DNA from: an uncultured Pseudomonadota bacterium
GTDB lineage: Bacteria > Myxococcota_A > Polyangia > Fen-1088
NCBI GenBank assembly: GCA_963847705.1
Contig: CAWKBC010000021.1
Span: 292,527 to 356,526, forward strand
Direction: 5' to 3'
DNA: 64,000 nucleotides
Made by a program: the position numbers and the translations under genes. Numbering within the stretch: position 1 is the first letter of the stretch; each line of letters opens with the position of its first letter. Below are positions 1-10,490 of the stretch, piece by piece. The notes beneath the pieces were generated by a model that saw nothing but the letters and a program-made list of their open reading frames with translations, ran no database searches and was not told where the DNA came from.

Positions 1-942
1 CATGGGATAGCGGATCCCGAGCATCTTCGGATCGAGATCGATCTGGACGCCGCGCGCCTTGCCTTCGCGGGGGAGAAATTCCGAATAGGGGAAGCTGGAG
101 CCGACCATGAGGAGGGTGTCGCAATCCATCATCAGATCCCAGCTCGGCTTGGTCCCGAGAAGCCCGATGGAGCCTGTCACGAAGGGCAGATCGTCGGGAA
201 CCACCGCCTTGCCGAGGAGAGCCTTGGCGATCCCGGCGCCCAGGAGATCGGCGACCTCCAGCACCTCGGCGGAGGCTTGCAGCGCGCCGGCGCCGACCAG
301 CATGGCCACCTTCTTTCCTTCGTTGAGGATGGCGGCGGCCTTTTGCAGATCGACGTCGGTGGGGACGACCCGCGGCGTGCTGTAGGCGTAACCGGAGTGC
401 ACGGTGCCGTGGGCGCGCGGCGGTTCCTCGACGGCATCGACGTCCTGGACATCGTTCGGCAGGATGATGCAGGTGACGGTCCGCTCCGCCTTGGCGATGC
501 GGAACGCGCGGTCGACGAGATGCCGTACCTGCGCCGGATCCGAGACCATGTGGACGTACTCGTGCGCGACGTCCTTGAAGAGCGAGATCAGATCGACCTC
601 CTGCTGGTAGGAGCCGCCGAGCGCCTTGCGCGACTGCTGCCCCACGATGGCGACCACCGGCTGATGGTCCATCTTTGCGTCGTAAAGACCGTTCAAGAGG
701 TGGATGGCGCCGGGGCCCGAGGTGGCCATGCAGACGCCGACCTCGCCGGTAAACTTGGCGTGCGCGCAGGCCATGAAGGCCGCCATCTCTTCATGGCTGG
801 TGCGCACCAGCTTGAAGCGCTCACCGGCGCGCTGCAGGGCGCCCATGAGACCGTTGATCCCATCGCCCGGAAAGCCGTAGATGCGCTTGACACCCCAGAG
901 CGACAACCGCTGCAACAAGAAATCGCTGACCGTCATCGACAT
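1..942 (-). CDS. Thiamine pyrophosphate-dependent enzyme (pyruvate oxidase/PoxB-like), 3' end runs off the window
   Basis: Manual translation from the ATG at 942 gives MSMTVSDFLLQRLSLWGVKRIYGFPGDGINGLMGAL...QVRTSHEEMAAFMACAHAKFTG-like...ATSGPGAIHLLNGLYDAK, the typical TPP-enzyme N-terminus. It is missing from the ORF track because no stop lies in the window. Confidence 0.9.
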   Translation of the reverse strand, partial: MSMTVSDFLLQRLSLWGVKRIYGFPGDGINGLMGALQRAGERFKLVRTSHEEMAAFMACAHAKFTGEVGVCMATSGPGAIHLLNGLYDAKMDHQPVVAIVGQQSRKALGGSYQQEVDLISLFKDVAHEYVHMVSDPAQVRHLVDRAFRIAKAERTVTCIILPNDVQDVDAVEEPPRAHGTVHSGYAYSTPRVVPTDVDLQKAAAILNEGKKVAMLVGAGALQASAEVLEVADLLGAGIAKALLGKAVVPDDLPFVTGSIGLLGTKPSWDLMMDCDTLLMVGSSFPYSEFLPREGKARGVQIDLDPKMLGIRYPM

Positions 943-1137
943 CCGCGCCCATCCTCCATGCGAGGCCCACCCGCCGAGGCGGATAATCCGCGGCGGCATC
1001 CGCAAGCTACTCACGAGATCGGCCGCGTCTACGGGAGCTCGACCCGATTCTCTCGACCCGATTCTGATGATGACAATGAGGGATGCGGAGTCAGCAAGAG
1101 ACCCTCCCCGACGCGATCTCAATGATAGATACCCACC

Positions 1138-2058
1138 ATGCCTGCCTCGTCAAAACGAGCGCTCGTGGGTGCCATGGCGGCCAACCTGGGGATCGCGGCC
1201 ACCAAGTTTCTCGTTGGGGGCATCACCAGCAGCACAGTGATGATCGCGGAGGGGATTCACTCTCTGGTCGATACGGGGAACTCGGCTCTGATGCTGTTGG
1301 GCGAACGGCGAAGCCGCTGCCCCGCCGACGAGGCCCATCCATTCGGCTATGGAATGGAGCTCTACTTCTGGAGCTTCGTGGTGGCGATGGTGGTCTTCGG
1401 CGGCGGCGGGGGACTCTCGATCTATGAGGGGATTCGCGCCCTTTTTCATCCACGGACCGTCACTAACCTCTGGCTCAACTACCTCGTCATCGGCGTGGCG
1501 GCCGCTTTCGAGGGAACCTCCCTCGCGATCGGGGTCCGCGAGTTCGCCGCCTACCGACGCGAAAAGCGCTTCGAGGGTTCGATGCTGTCGGTCATGCGGG
1601 CCAGCAAGAATCCCGCGATCTTCGTGACCGTCCTCGAGGATTCGGCGGCGCTCGTCGGATTGGCCATCGCCGCGGGGGGGCTCACGGTCGGCCGCTATTT
1701 CGGGCTGCCCGCCGCCGACGCCGTAGCATCGATCCTCATCGGCGTGGTGCTGATGGTCGAGGCCAGCCTTCTCGGCTTCGAATGCCGCGGGCTCATCATC
1801 GGCGAGGCGGCCCGGCCGGTCGTCATCGCTGAAATCCGTCGCGTCCTTGCGCAGCATCCCGAAATCGATCGCGTCGACGAGTTGCGTACCCTCCAACTGG
1901 GGCCGGAGTCAGTCATGCTCGTCCTGGGGATCTCAGCGGAGTCGGCGATGACCGGCGGCGAAGTTCAACGCGCCCGCGCGAGGCTGGCGGCGGACCTTCG
2001 CCAGGCGGTTCCCACAATCAAGTACGTTGTCTACGACCCCGAGCCCAATCGCCGATAG
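1138..2058 (+). CDS. Cation diffusion facilitator (CDF) family transporter
   Basis: AEGIHSLVD, HPFGYG and EDSAAL motifs with several TM helices. Confidence 0.9.
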   Translation: MPASSKRALVGAMAANLGIAATKFLVGGITSSTVMIAEGIHSLVDTGNSALMLLGERRSRCPADEAHPFGYGMELYFWSFVVAMVVFGGGGGLSIYEGIRALFHPRTVTNLWLNYLVIGVAAAFEGTSLAIGVREFAAYRREKRFEGSMLSVMRASKNPAIFVTVLEDSAALVGLAIAAGGLTVGRYFGLPAADAVASILIGVVLMVEASLLGFECRGLIIGEAARPVVIAEIRRVLAQHPEIDRVDELRTLQLGPESVMLVLGISAESAMTGGEVQRARARLAADLRQAVPTIKYVVYDPEPNRR

Positions 2059-2158
2059 CCGCACGGGATTCGGCCTCCGTCGGGTTGTGTGTCGAATGAG
2101 CATGGACATCTTGAGGGTATTCCTGATGGCGATTCACACCTCGGCAAAGGAGGACGGC

Positions 2159-3223
2159 GTGCGCAAGCGAAGGCTCGAGGGGAAAAGGGCGGTCGTGACT
2201 GGGGCCTCGAGCGGCGTCGGACGGGCAATCGTGCGCGCCTTTGGCGAGGAGGGCGCGAAGGTGGCTCTCCTCGCCAGAAACATCGACGGACTGGAAGCGG
2301 CTGCCCAGGAGGTTCGGGACTCGGGCTCGGAGGCGCTCGTCCTTCCGCTTGACGTGGCCGACGCCGAAGCGGTCGACGCCGCCGCCGATTGCGTCGTGAA
2401 GGAGTGGGGCGATATCGATATCTGGGTCAACGACGCCATGGTGTCGGTGTTCTCTCCGATTCGGGAGATGACCGCTCAGGAATTTCGCCGGGTCACGGAG
2501 GTGTGCTACCTCGGGTACGTCCATGGAACCCTGGCCGCTCTTCGGCACATGCGCCCGCGGAACAGCGGCCTGATCATCCAAATCGGTTCGGCGTTGGCCT
2601 ATCGGTCGATTCCGCTTCAGAGCGCCTATTGCGCGTCGAAGGCCGCGATCCGTGGGTTCACCGACTCCCTCCGCAGTGAGCTCATACACGACGACAGCAA
2701 GGTCGCCGTCACAATGCTTCAGCTTCCCGCCGTGAACACGCCGCAGTTCGACGTCGTGCGAAATCGCCTTCCAGAACATCCCCAGCCGGTGCCGCCGATC
2801 TACCAGCCCGAGGTGATCGCACAGGCCGCGGTGCACGCGGCGCTGCACCCGAAGCGTGAGGTTTGGATCGGTTGGAGCGCGACCAAGGCGATCATCGGGC
2901 AGCGCTTGATTCCGGGGTTCCTCGATCGTTACTTGGCAAAGCGGGCGTGGACGGCCCAGGAGACCGATCGGCTCCCGCCGGGACATCCCCTGAAGCACGA
3001 CAGAGACAACGTGGATCAGCCGATTCCGGGCGATCGCGGGGCTCACGGCGCGTTCGATTCCAGGGCACGGAGAATGAGCACGAAGATGTGGGCGCGCACC
3101 CACCTGGGCTGGGTCGCCGTCACCGGCAGCGTGCTGGTCGCCGCGCTGATCTGGTGGCGGAATGAGCGCAGATCTCCTTCGGCTCTCCGGTACTGGTCTT
3201 CAGTACGCTCGCCCGCGGCCTAG
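2159..3223 (+). CDS. SDR family oxidoreductase
   Basis: TGASSGVG Rossmann motif and YCASK catalytic motif. GTG start follows an AAGGAGG RBS. Confidence 0.9.
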   Translation: MRKRRLEGKRAVVTGASSGVGRAIVRAFGEEGAKVALLARNIDGLEAAAQEVRDSGSEALVLPLDVADAEAVDAAADCVVKEWGDIDIWVNDAMVSVFSPIREMTAQEFRRVTEVCYLGYVHGTLAALRHMRPRNSGLIIQIGSALAYRSIPLQSAYCASKAAIRGFTDSLRSELIHDDSKVAVTMLQLPAVNTPQFDVVRNRLPEHPQPVPPIYQPEVIAQAAVHAALHPKREVWIGWSATKAIIGQRLIPGFLDRYLAKRAWTAQETDRLPPGHPLKHDRDNVDQPIPGDRGAHGAFDSRARRMSTKMWARTHLGWVAVTGSVLVAALIWWRNERRSPSALRYWSSVRSPAA

Positions 3224-3703
3224 ACTAGACCGCTTTTAGATTGACCAGATCGACGGGGCATGATCAAACGTCGAGACTGGATCCGCGAACGCGTTCATCA
3301 GATCGTCCGCCCGCACTTATCTCGGGCGCTGGACCGCGAACAAGGCGAGGGCTCTGAGTGTAACCGTCCCGCAAATCGTTTCGGATGACCTCTACGAGAG
3401 GGATGACAAGGCGCTGATCAGCGCCGGACGTCGAGGTCAGCTTCGAAACTCCCACGAGTACCTCCTGCAGGGTATCTCTACCTGTGGCGTGTGTGGCGCT
3501 CGGATCGGATGCGCCTCGAGCGGTACCTGGACCTCGCAGAAGGGTAAGAAGCGGGTTTTCTATTACGTCTGTTCGAAACGACGGAGACCCCCGCAGCCCG
3601 GTCGCCCAGCTGTTTGACGACGAAGCGCCGAGAGATGCCGACCGAACGAAAGAGGAGAGGACCACGACGGCAATGCACGAATAGCTGGCCTCGGGCCGAG
3701 CGG

Positions 3704-3988
3704 TCAGTACTGCCGACCCGCGCCACCCGGTACGGCGAGGCCTGCATCGAAAGCCGCGGAAGCGGTGGCACGCCTCGGCAAATGGATCGTGAAGGTCGTT
3801 CCTTCCGAGGACGAAGAAGTCACCTCGACCGTGCCGCCGTGGGCCCGCACGATCTCGTTGACGATGAAGAGTCCAAGCCCAAGTCCACGCGAGTAGTCGC
3901 GTCGGTGGCGGGTACCGCGGAACGGATCGAAGAGGCTGGGGAGAAGTGAGTCAGGAATGACGCCCTGATTGTGCACCTGCAACGTCAC
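3704..3988 (-). pseudogene. Histidine kinase HATPase_c C-terminal fragment
   Basis: LFDPF, GLGLGLFIV and HGG...GTTFTIHLP (F and G2 boxes) are present, with no upstream H-box or sensor domain. Confidence 0.7.
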
Positions 3989-4663
3989 GGCGTACCCATC
4001 GCATACCTATGGGCTCGGACGATTCGACGCGCCCGCGCAGCGGGTTTGCCTCGGGGCGCCGGCCGGGAGCGCGGCCGTGCCGCCGACGCCAAGCGCAGGA
4101 GGAGTGCTGTCGAACGGGCGCTCACCAGCCAGGCCGCCGCGGCGGTCTGGTCGACGCGGAGCTACTCGGGCTCGGGAACGCTGGCAGAGAGGCTTCTAGG
4201 GTGCCTTGGAGCGGCCCCAGGTGTTACGCGCGTCGAGCGGGAGGGTTCCGAAGAAGGCTTCGTATCGAGCGAGCCAGGCGGTGGTCTCGCGGCCTGGATA
4301 GCCCTTTCGCGGGATGAGGCCGCAGAGAGAGGCTGACGTCTTATCGATGGCGCGAGCAGGCGATCGCGCTCGACCTTCGCCAGGATCGCAGCGGCCATCA
4401 CGGAAGGCTCGGATCCACGGCCTGAGACATTTCGACCGGTCGACGAGAGCGAGCTTGAAGCCCGTCGACCACATCGATACCGCAAGCAATTGGCGCGAGC
4501 GTCGCCGCATTCTCCTGAAGAGTGCGCGAGTCTACGATCGGCTCGACGAACTGATCGCGGGCGCGAAGGCGAACCAAATGTCGCTCGCCGTGTTCAAGCC
4601 TATCAGCTCCGATAGTGGCTGTCCCGACGCGATGCGCAGGCGAGGTCGGCGCGCGGGTACCGA

Positions 4664-5959
4664 CTAGCGAGACATCACGACGACATCGAGGACGCCTGTC
4701 TCACTACGCGTTCCCGCGAGCACCTCACGGAGCGGCCGGCGCGGCTTGCCCCTCCACCGGAAGTAACCGATGCCCGAAGCGTAGACGCGCACCGTCGGGT
4801 AGTCCCGAGCCAGGCAGGACCAGGGCATTCGCCAGATGTTCGGGGTGTCTGTACTGTGCGGGTGCTGCAGGACGATTGTCGGCTTGAAGCGGACCGTGGC
4901 CTTGGCCATCGCATCGCAGCGTCGTCGCCGAACGCCGTTCGGGCTCTGGTTCGCTCGAGCGCGAGCGCTGAACATATTGAGATCATGGCAGCCGAGGACG
5001 AGTACCTTCTCGTTCGCGATCTTGAGTAGGTGCGTCTCGACATCGGAGACCTGCACGAGAAGCGCCGCCTGATTGCCGGTCGGATAGGACTTCCCAGTCC
5101 ATCGAACGATCTCGCCGGAGTCGCAGTCGATTACGGCGACGAGCTCGGCGTGCTGGGCGTCGCTTATGAGGTCGACGCCGATCGTGAGGACGCGTGTCCG
5201 CACGTTGGCAGCAGCGAGCGCCTTCTTCGTCACGCAGGCACCGACCAGCGGCTTTGCGACGCGAATCAGAGCATTGAGATCGTCCGATGATGAATCCCAC
5301 GCGAGCCCACCAGACCATCGCGGCGGAAAGTCACCGACGATAAAGCCACCGGGCGTGATGGTGAACTTGGCCCGGCTCGAGATGGGCCAGTTCTCGAACG
5401 CCTCGAGCAGCATCTCCCCGGCGGTGCGTGGAGACGATGCGGGCTTTCCGTGAACAACGATTCGCACGACGGGCTGGAGACCTTCCACCACTCGCAGCGC
5501 CGACACCTTGGTCGGAGGCGGCGCGGCCGGCTTCGCGGTCGGAGGCAGTGTTGCGCGCGCCCTCGCTCCGATAGGTTTCGGCGCGGGCAGTCCTGGGCCG
5601 ACGATGGTGAAGCCTAGTGCCTGCAGCACGGCGTTCGTCTCCTGGCCGCCGGAGAACTCTTGTGGGCGAAGTTCTCGCCCCGTTGCGGCGGCGACGGCAA
5701 GCGAGACCACGTACTTAGGCGGGTAGCGTCGCCCGTCGACAACGAGCTGGAACTTCCTCGGCTCACGCCGGGACGCTGATCGAAACCGATCGAGGTCCGG
5801 CTGCTCGAGGAGAACGGTATCCGAGGCGTTCCCCTGCGAGTCGAGGTCGACCAGCAGGGTTCGCGATCCCTGTTCGGAAGCGAGAAACGCGAGGTGAGCG
5901 GAGACGGTTGTTTTACCGGTTCCCCCCTTGTGGATTCCGACTGTGCAGACTTTTCCCAT
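4664..5959 (-). CDS. Chimeric ORF: ParA N-terminus + YPPK (ScoMcrA-head-like) domain + carbon-nitrogen-hydrolase-like domain
   Basis: KGGTGKTT and LLVDLDSQGNAS (ParA Walker A/A'), then DGRRYPPKYVVSLA...FSGG...LGF, then GKSYP and VLVLGCHDL. Confidence 0.6.
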   Translation of the reverse strand: MGKVCTVGIHKGGTGKTTVSAHLAFLASEQGSRTLLVDLDSQGNASDTVLLEQPDLDRFRSASRREPRKFQLVVDGRRYPPKYVVSLAVAAATGRELRPQEFSGGQETNAVLQALGFTIVGPGLPAPKPIGARARATLPPTAKPAAPPPTKVSALRVVEGLQPVVRIVVHGKPASSPRTAGEMLLEAFENWPISSRAKFTITPGGFIVGDFPPRWSGGLAWDSSSDDLNALIRVAKPLVGACVTKKALAAANVRTRVLTIGVDLISDAQHAELVAVIDCDSGEIVRWTGKSYPTGNQAALLVQVSDVETHLLKIANEKVLVLGCHDLNMFSARARANQSPNGVRRRRCDAMAKATVRFKPTIVLQHPHSTDTPNIWRMPWSCLARDYPTVRVYASGIGYFRWRGKPRRPLREVLAGTRSETGVLDVVVMSR

Positions 5960-5968
5960 GATTTCTCC

Positions 5969-6560
5969 TTACCGCTCGAGGCGGTTCTCCCTTTTCGGCC
6001 GTAGCTCGCGATTGAGCTTCCTGAGGTAGTCGTTCCAGTCCTTCGGCACGGGTGAAACGTGTCGGCGCAGCTCGCGGCCGCCAGCGACGATGAGGTGCGC
6101 GTGAAGTTTCTCGCCTCCGTCATCAGCATCGGTGGCACTTACGAGGTCCGCGCCGGCCGGCATCTCGCCGATCGCGCGGCCAATGAGTCTGAGAGCCTCC
6201 GGACCGACACCACCGCCGGTGCTCAAGTAGCGGGTATGAGGGCGTGGAAAGATCTGGTGGTAGCTGAAAGCGTCGATTGCGCTTTCAACGATCACTAGTC
6301 GATCATCATCAGCACGCGCGGCGCTCATCCAGTAGGTCTTCTGGCCGCCGGTCGCAAAGCCGGTGAAGCCGTTGCTCTTGATCTCGAAGCCGATGACTCG
6401 GCCGGTAGCCGGATCGGTGTGCGGAAAAATGACGTTTCCGCGACCGTCCACCCGGTAGCTCGAGGCGAAGCGAGGATCGCGCTGGACGCCGACGTCGATT
6501 CCGCGCTTGGCGAGGTAACGGCTTCGGTCGATTCGGGCGTTCGCATAGGCAGCGGCGAGG
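5969..6560 (-). pseudogene. DUF3991/Toprim-domain (plasmid primase/relaxase-associated) protein, 5'-truncated
   Basis: YLAKRGI, GFEIK, LVIVESAIDAFSY, ATDADDGG and KDWNDYL. The N-terminal part of the track ORF is only antisense integrase sequence. Confidence 0.7.
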
Positions 6561-7085
6561 GTCGCCATCAAGGCAGGGCTACGGCAAGGCGAGCTGTTGG
6601 CGCTGCGCTGGGAGGACATCGATCTGGTGTCGGGGCTGCTCAGGGTTCGTCGGTCGGTCACCCGAGGTGTGGTGACGGTGCCGAAGAGCGGGAAGGGGAG
6701 GGACGTTCCACTTGGTGACGAAGCGATCGCGGCGCTGAAGGCAGAGAGACACCTTCGGGGACCTCTCGTGTTCTGCAACCTCGACGGGCGGATGTGGAAG
6801 AAGAACGAGTGCAAGCATCCGATCTGGCGAGCGTGCAAGAAGGCGGGTCTGCGGCAGGTGAGCTGGCACGTCCTTCGGCACACGTTCGCTTCGCACTTGG
6901 TGATGCGTGGGGCGGCGATGAAGGTTGTGCAGGAGCTGCTCGGGCACGCCACGATCGAGATGACGATGCGCTACGCGCATCTCAGTCCCGACGTGCCCCG
7001 GCAGGCGGTGAAGCTGCTCGATGGACTGGGCAGCTCTGTGGGGCCGTGGCGACAGGCTGGCGACAACGCCAGAGTTGGTACTTAA
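6561..7085 (+). pseudogene. Tyrosine integrase C-terminal fragment (oldest island)
   Basis: AGLRQGELLALRWED, HVLRHTFAS, LLGH and MTMRYAH. Homologous to the integrase at 32653-33744 but lacks the N-terminal half. Confidence 0.85.
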
Positions 7086-7099
7086 CTACTTAGAATTTA

Positions 7100-7122
7100 T
7101 GGTGGAGGCGCCGGGAGTCGAA
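7100..7122 (-). repeat. att-like copy of the tmRNA 3' end
   Basis: TGGTGGAGGCGCCGGGAGTCGAA; positions 7102-7122 match 33753-33773. Confidence 0.9.
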
Positions 7123-7176
7123 AACGTCCGTCAACCCCGACACTTCGGGGGCTTGCACAGACGCCCGCGCGCTTGC

Positions 7177-7247
7177 CGCAACCTTCGTGAGGTCTGGTCG
7201 GTTCGAGTTTGGGACGGTTGGATCTGTTTGGGCAGCGGGCGGGCAAG
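7177..7247. repeat. Island-end repeat, copy 1 (putative integrase arm sites)
   Basis: 58 bp (7177-7234) match 10181-10238 with one mismatch, followed by a TGGGCA-N-GGGCAA doublet that also occurs next to the integrase ends near 12851 and 33697. Confidence 0.85.
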
Positions 7248-7331
7248 GCGCTGGCGCTGCAGGAATCGGCGTGACGCGCACCGGGTGAACCGCGACGTTC
7301 AGCTTGGGAAAGCGAAAGGGCCGATTGTGGG

Positions 7332-8567
7332 TCAGGGGGCCTGGCGCGTCCAGATGTCCCCGACAGCTGGCGCCCCGTTGACGTCTGCGGGCACCGGGAA
7401 GCCGTCGGAGACCGCGACCAAATGAGCGCCGGTTGCGTCGGAGGCCAGGGCATCCCAATGCCACCCTTCCGCGGGTGTCCCTACGGTTTCATTGGTCCAG
7501 GTGAGCCCCATGTCAGCAGACCTCCAGAGGTCCCCGAAGGACGCGGCGACGAGATTGGCGCCGCCTGCGTCCGACGCCACGTGCTGCCAATACTGGCCCG
7601 ACGCGGCGGTTCCCTGGGTCCGGTTGATCCAGGTTGCGCCGGAGTCTTCCGAGACCCAGATGTCCCCGTAGCTGCCGCACAGGACGCCGTCCGGGGGCAG
7701 CGAGTTCTGCGAGACAGCAACGAGGCGCGTTCCGGTCGAATCCGACGCGACCTCCTGCCAGCCCAGTCCCGAGAGAGGCGTTCCCTGGGTCCGGTTGATC
7801 CAGGTCTGACCCGCGTCCCAAGAGGTCCAGATGTCGCCGTTGACGACAACGAGGTGGTCTCCGGTCGAGTCCGAGGTCAAGTTTCCCCAGATTTTGCCGG
7901 CAACGGAGGTCCCGGCCGTCTGATCGGTCCAGGTCAGGCCCGAATCTGTGGAGGCCCAGACGTCCCCCCCGGCGGTTACGAATAGCCGGGTGCCGGTCGC
8001 GTCCGAGGCGAGGCCGCGCGGCCACTCGACCGCGCCGACGGTTACGCGTTTCGTCCAGGTCATGCCCGCGTCGGCCGACGTCCAGAGATCGCCGCCCTCG
8101 CTCGTATCGGCTGGGCCGGTGACGGCCACCAGGTGACCTCCGATCGAGTCTGAAGCGACGGAGACCCACCGCTGACCGGATGCTTCGGTGCCTGCCGTCC
8201 GGTTCGTCCAGGTCATACCGGCGTCGGCGGATGTCCAGATGTTCCCGTCCGGCGCGAAAGCCGAGCGCGTCGTCACGGCGACCAGGTGGGTTCCGGTCGC
8301 GTCGGAGGCCACGCTCATCCAAGCGAGGTCCGCGGCGTTGGTGCCAGCCGTTTGATCGACCCACGGCCCGCCGCTCGCGCCCGCGGCTGAGGAGCCTCCC
8401 GCGTCCATCGAGGAACTCCCGCACTGGTCGAGCGGCGACCCACCCGTGCCGGTGCTGCCACCGTTGGCGACGGCGTCGCCGGTTCCCGGCGAACCGCCGT
8501 TCAGGCTGCTGCCACACGCCGCCAGTGCGAAAGCGCACGCGGCAGTCACCGAGAGGATGGACTGCAT
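7332..8567 (-). CDS. Lipoprotein with BNR/Asp-box (sialidase-like beta-propeller) repeats
   Basis: Lipobox LAAC, Gly-rich linker, repeated W-S-x-D-x-G-x-T-W and ASDATGTHLVA units. Confidence 0.8.
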   Translation of the reverse strand: MQSILSVTAACAFALAACGSSLNGGSPGTGDAVANGGSTGTGGSPLDQCGSSSMDAGGSSAAGASGGPWVDQTAGTNAADLAWMSVASDATGTHLVAVTTRSAFAPDGNIWTSADAGMTWTNRTAGTEASGQRWVSVASDSIGGHLVAVTGPADTSEGGDLWTSADAGMTWTKRVTVGAVEWPRGLASDATGTRLFVTAGGDVWASTDSGLTWTDQTAGTSVAGKIWGNLTSDSTGDHLVVVNGDIWTSWDAGQTWINRTQGTPLSGLGWQEVASDSTGTRLVAVSQNSLPPDGVLCGSYGDIWVSEDSGATWINRTQGTAASGQYWQHVASDAGGANLVAASFGDLWRSADMGLTWTNETVGTPAEGWHWDALASDATGAHLVAVSDGFPVPADVNGAPAVGDIWTRQAP

Positions 8568-8801
8568 GGAAGACCCCCAGCGATAGAATGTGGGATTCGC
8601 GAGCCCACCTTCATCGATGACACTCCTTGAGCTCGGCATCCCGGTCTCCACCGAGCCGCCGGGGTCGCCAGATTCGCCGTTCAGGGGTCTGCTCGCGTAC
8701 CCGTAGTCGCAGGACACGGCGAACTCGGGGGCCGGTCAGGCCCGGGGCAGCGGACGCGACCTATGGACGAGGACCCGCTCTATCTGGCAGCTCGCTCCGA
8801 A

Positions 8802-8848
8802 GGTGCGGGCACCGACGGGATTGAACCTGCGGCTTCCACTGTGTGAAT
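8802..8848 (-). pseudogene. 3' half of tRNA-Val(CAC), degenerate att-like remnant
   Basis: Reverse complement ATTCACACAGTGGAAGCCGCAGGTTCAATCCCGTCGGTGCCCGCACC has anticodon loop TTCACAC and T-loop GGTTCAATCC; no 5' half. Confidence 0.6.
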
Positions 8849-9205
8849 AGACGGAGATCAGGACAAGAAATTAGGAGTTACGAGTAGTTGAACGTCACTG
8901 GACAGCACCGGACGACACCCAGAAGCACCCGTTCTGGGCACTTTTCTAGGCATATTGGATTCGGGAACAGGCACCCCTATCGTCTCGATCGCTGGCCGAG
9001 GCACTACGACCGCAGGCGTGAGTCGGTCGCGCCATGGATTAACTCGAGGAAGCTCTGCGTGCGCTCGTGGCGGCAACCGCACGATCGCGCGACACTCGGG
9101 GGCGGCGGCCATGAAGATCCCGGAGAGACGTCAAGGACGGCCACAGTATTGGCAGCGGGAGTTTGAAATGGTTTCGCGCTACCCGCTGGCCTCCACGAGC
9201 GGGGC

Positions 9206-10090
9206 TTGAGGATGGTCACTCGCACACCGATTCGCTTTGGGGTTTTGCTGGCGCTCGTTTTCTGTGCCGGGCGGGCGCGGGCGCAGGATGCGCCGACCGT
9301 TTCCCTAGAGCCTACATGGCCGCCACACGAGGTGCCTCCGGCCGCTCCGCCGTCGACCTCTGGATATCCACCGCCGCCACCGATCTACAGCGCACCGACG
9401 CCCGCGAGCGTTTCGCCACAGCCCGCGTCGCCGCCCCCGGCTGCTCCGCCGGTGACCTCCGCATATCCACCGCCGCCCCCTGCTCATTATCCACCCCCGC
9501 CCGCGTACCGGCCGCCACCCGCCTATCCGCCACCGCTGGTGGTCTCCGCGCCTGCGCCGACGGACGGGTTTCACAGGGGGCTCTTCCTGCGCTTACATCT
9601 CGGTCTCGGCTACGGCTCGCTTACCGGGTCCGGCAGCTACTCCGGCACAACAACAATAGCGGGTTCCGGGGTCTCGGTCGGCGTCGCGTTGGGCGGCGGT
9701 GTGGCTGAGAACTTGGCGCTCTACGGGACCATCTTCGTTTCTTCTTTTGGGGACGCGAACAGCGGGTCCAATACCGGTACGGATGCCTCGCTTGGTGGCT
9801 ACGCCGCCGGCGTCGTTTATTACTTCATGCCAATCAACGTCTACGCATCTGGAGCAGTCGGCGTGGCGGGAATGGGCAAGTTCGACAGCCAGGGAAAACT
9901 GATCGACTCCTCGAATATTGGCCTTGGTTTCGATGGGATTGTCGGAAAGGAGTGGCGTGTTTCGCGTCACTGGGGCCTCGGCCTGGCTGCCGAGCTCGTC
10001 GGCGCGACCGGAATGAAGGACAAGGCCGACCCCAACGTCACCTGGAGAGGCGGCGCGTTCAACTTCCTCTCCTCGGCGACCTTCTACTGA
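9206..10090 (+). CDS. Secreted Pro-rich protein with C-terminal outer-membrane beta-barrel-like domain
   Basis: Signal peptide (ARAQ), YPPPP repeats, amphipathic strands (GKEWRVSRHWGLGLAAE) and an aromatic C-terminal residue. Confidence 0.7.
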   Translation: MRMVTRTPIRFGVLLALVFCAGRARAQDAPTVSLEPTWPPHEVPPAAPPSTSGYPPPPPIYSAPTPASVSPQPASPPPAAPPVTSAYPPPPPAHYPPPPAYRPPPAYPPPLVVSAPAPTDGFHRGLFLRLHLGLGYGSLTGSGSYSGTTTIAGSGVSVGVALGGGVAENLALYGTIFVSSFGDANSGSNTGTDASLGGYAAGVVYYFMPINVYASGAVGVAGMGKFDSQGKLIDSSNIGLGFDGIVGKEWRVSRHWGLGLAAELVGATGMKDKADPNVTWRGGAFNFLSSATFY

Positions 10091-10180
10091 ACGTCACAGC
10101 GATCGCGGCCAAGCAGCCACACTCCAGCGGCCGTTATCTTGCCCGTGCTCTCAAGATCCAAAGAATGGGACAGGGACGCA

Positions 10181-10250
10181 CGCAACCTTCGTGAGGTCTG
10201 GTCGGTTCGAGTTTGGGAGGGTTGGATCTGTTTGGGCAACTGGCGGGCAA
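10181..10250. repeat. Island-end repeat, copy 2
   Basis: Near-identical to 7177-7247. Confidence 0.85.
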
Positions 10251-10490
10251 GCGGTTCGCCGCTCAGACGTACGGGGGCGAGCCTTTGCCCGCCCAGAAAG
10301 ACGGACCTCCGACACCGCTTCCGTCGGGACGACTACCCCGATTATTGGGAGCGTTACCTGAATCGCCTTGGCATCGGAACGGCTGGGGGCGCCGTTCGCG
10401 GTGTCAGTTTTGAGCCGGCGCTTAGCTCGTCTAAGATTCCAAACAGCCGCGGATAGGTCTGATCGCGGTTGGTGGCCAAGCGGAGGGTTC

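Noticed and set aside
277-1125. 282-aa plus-strand ORF
   Set aside because: Shadow of the minus-strand TPP enzyme gene.
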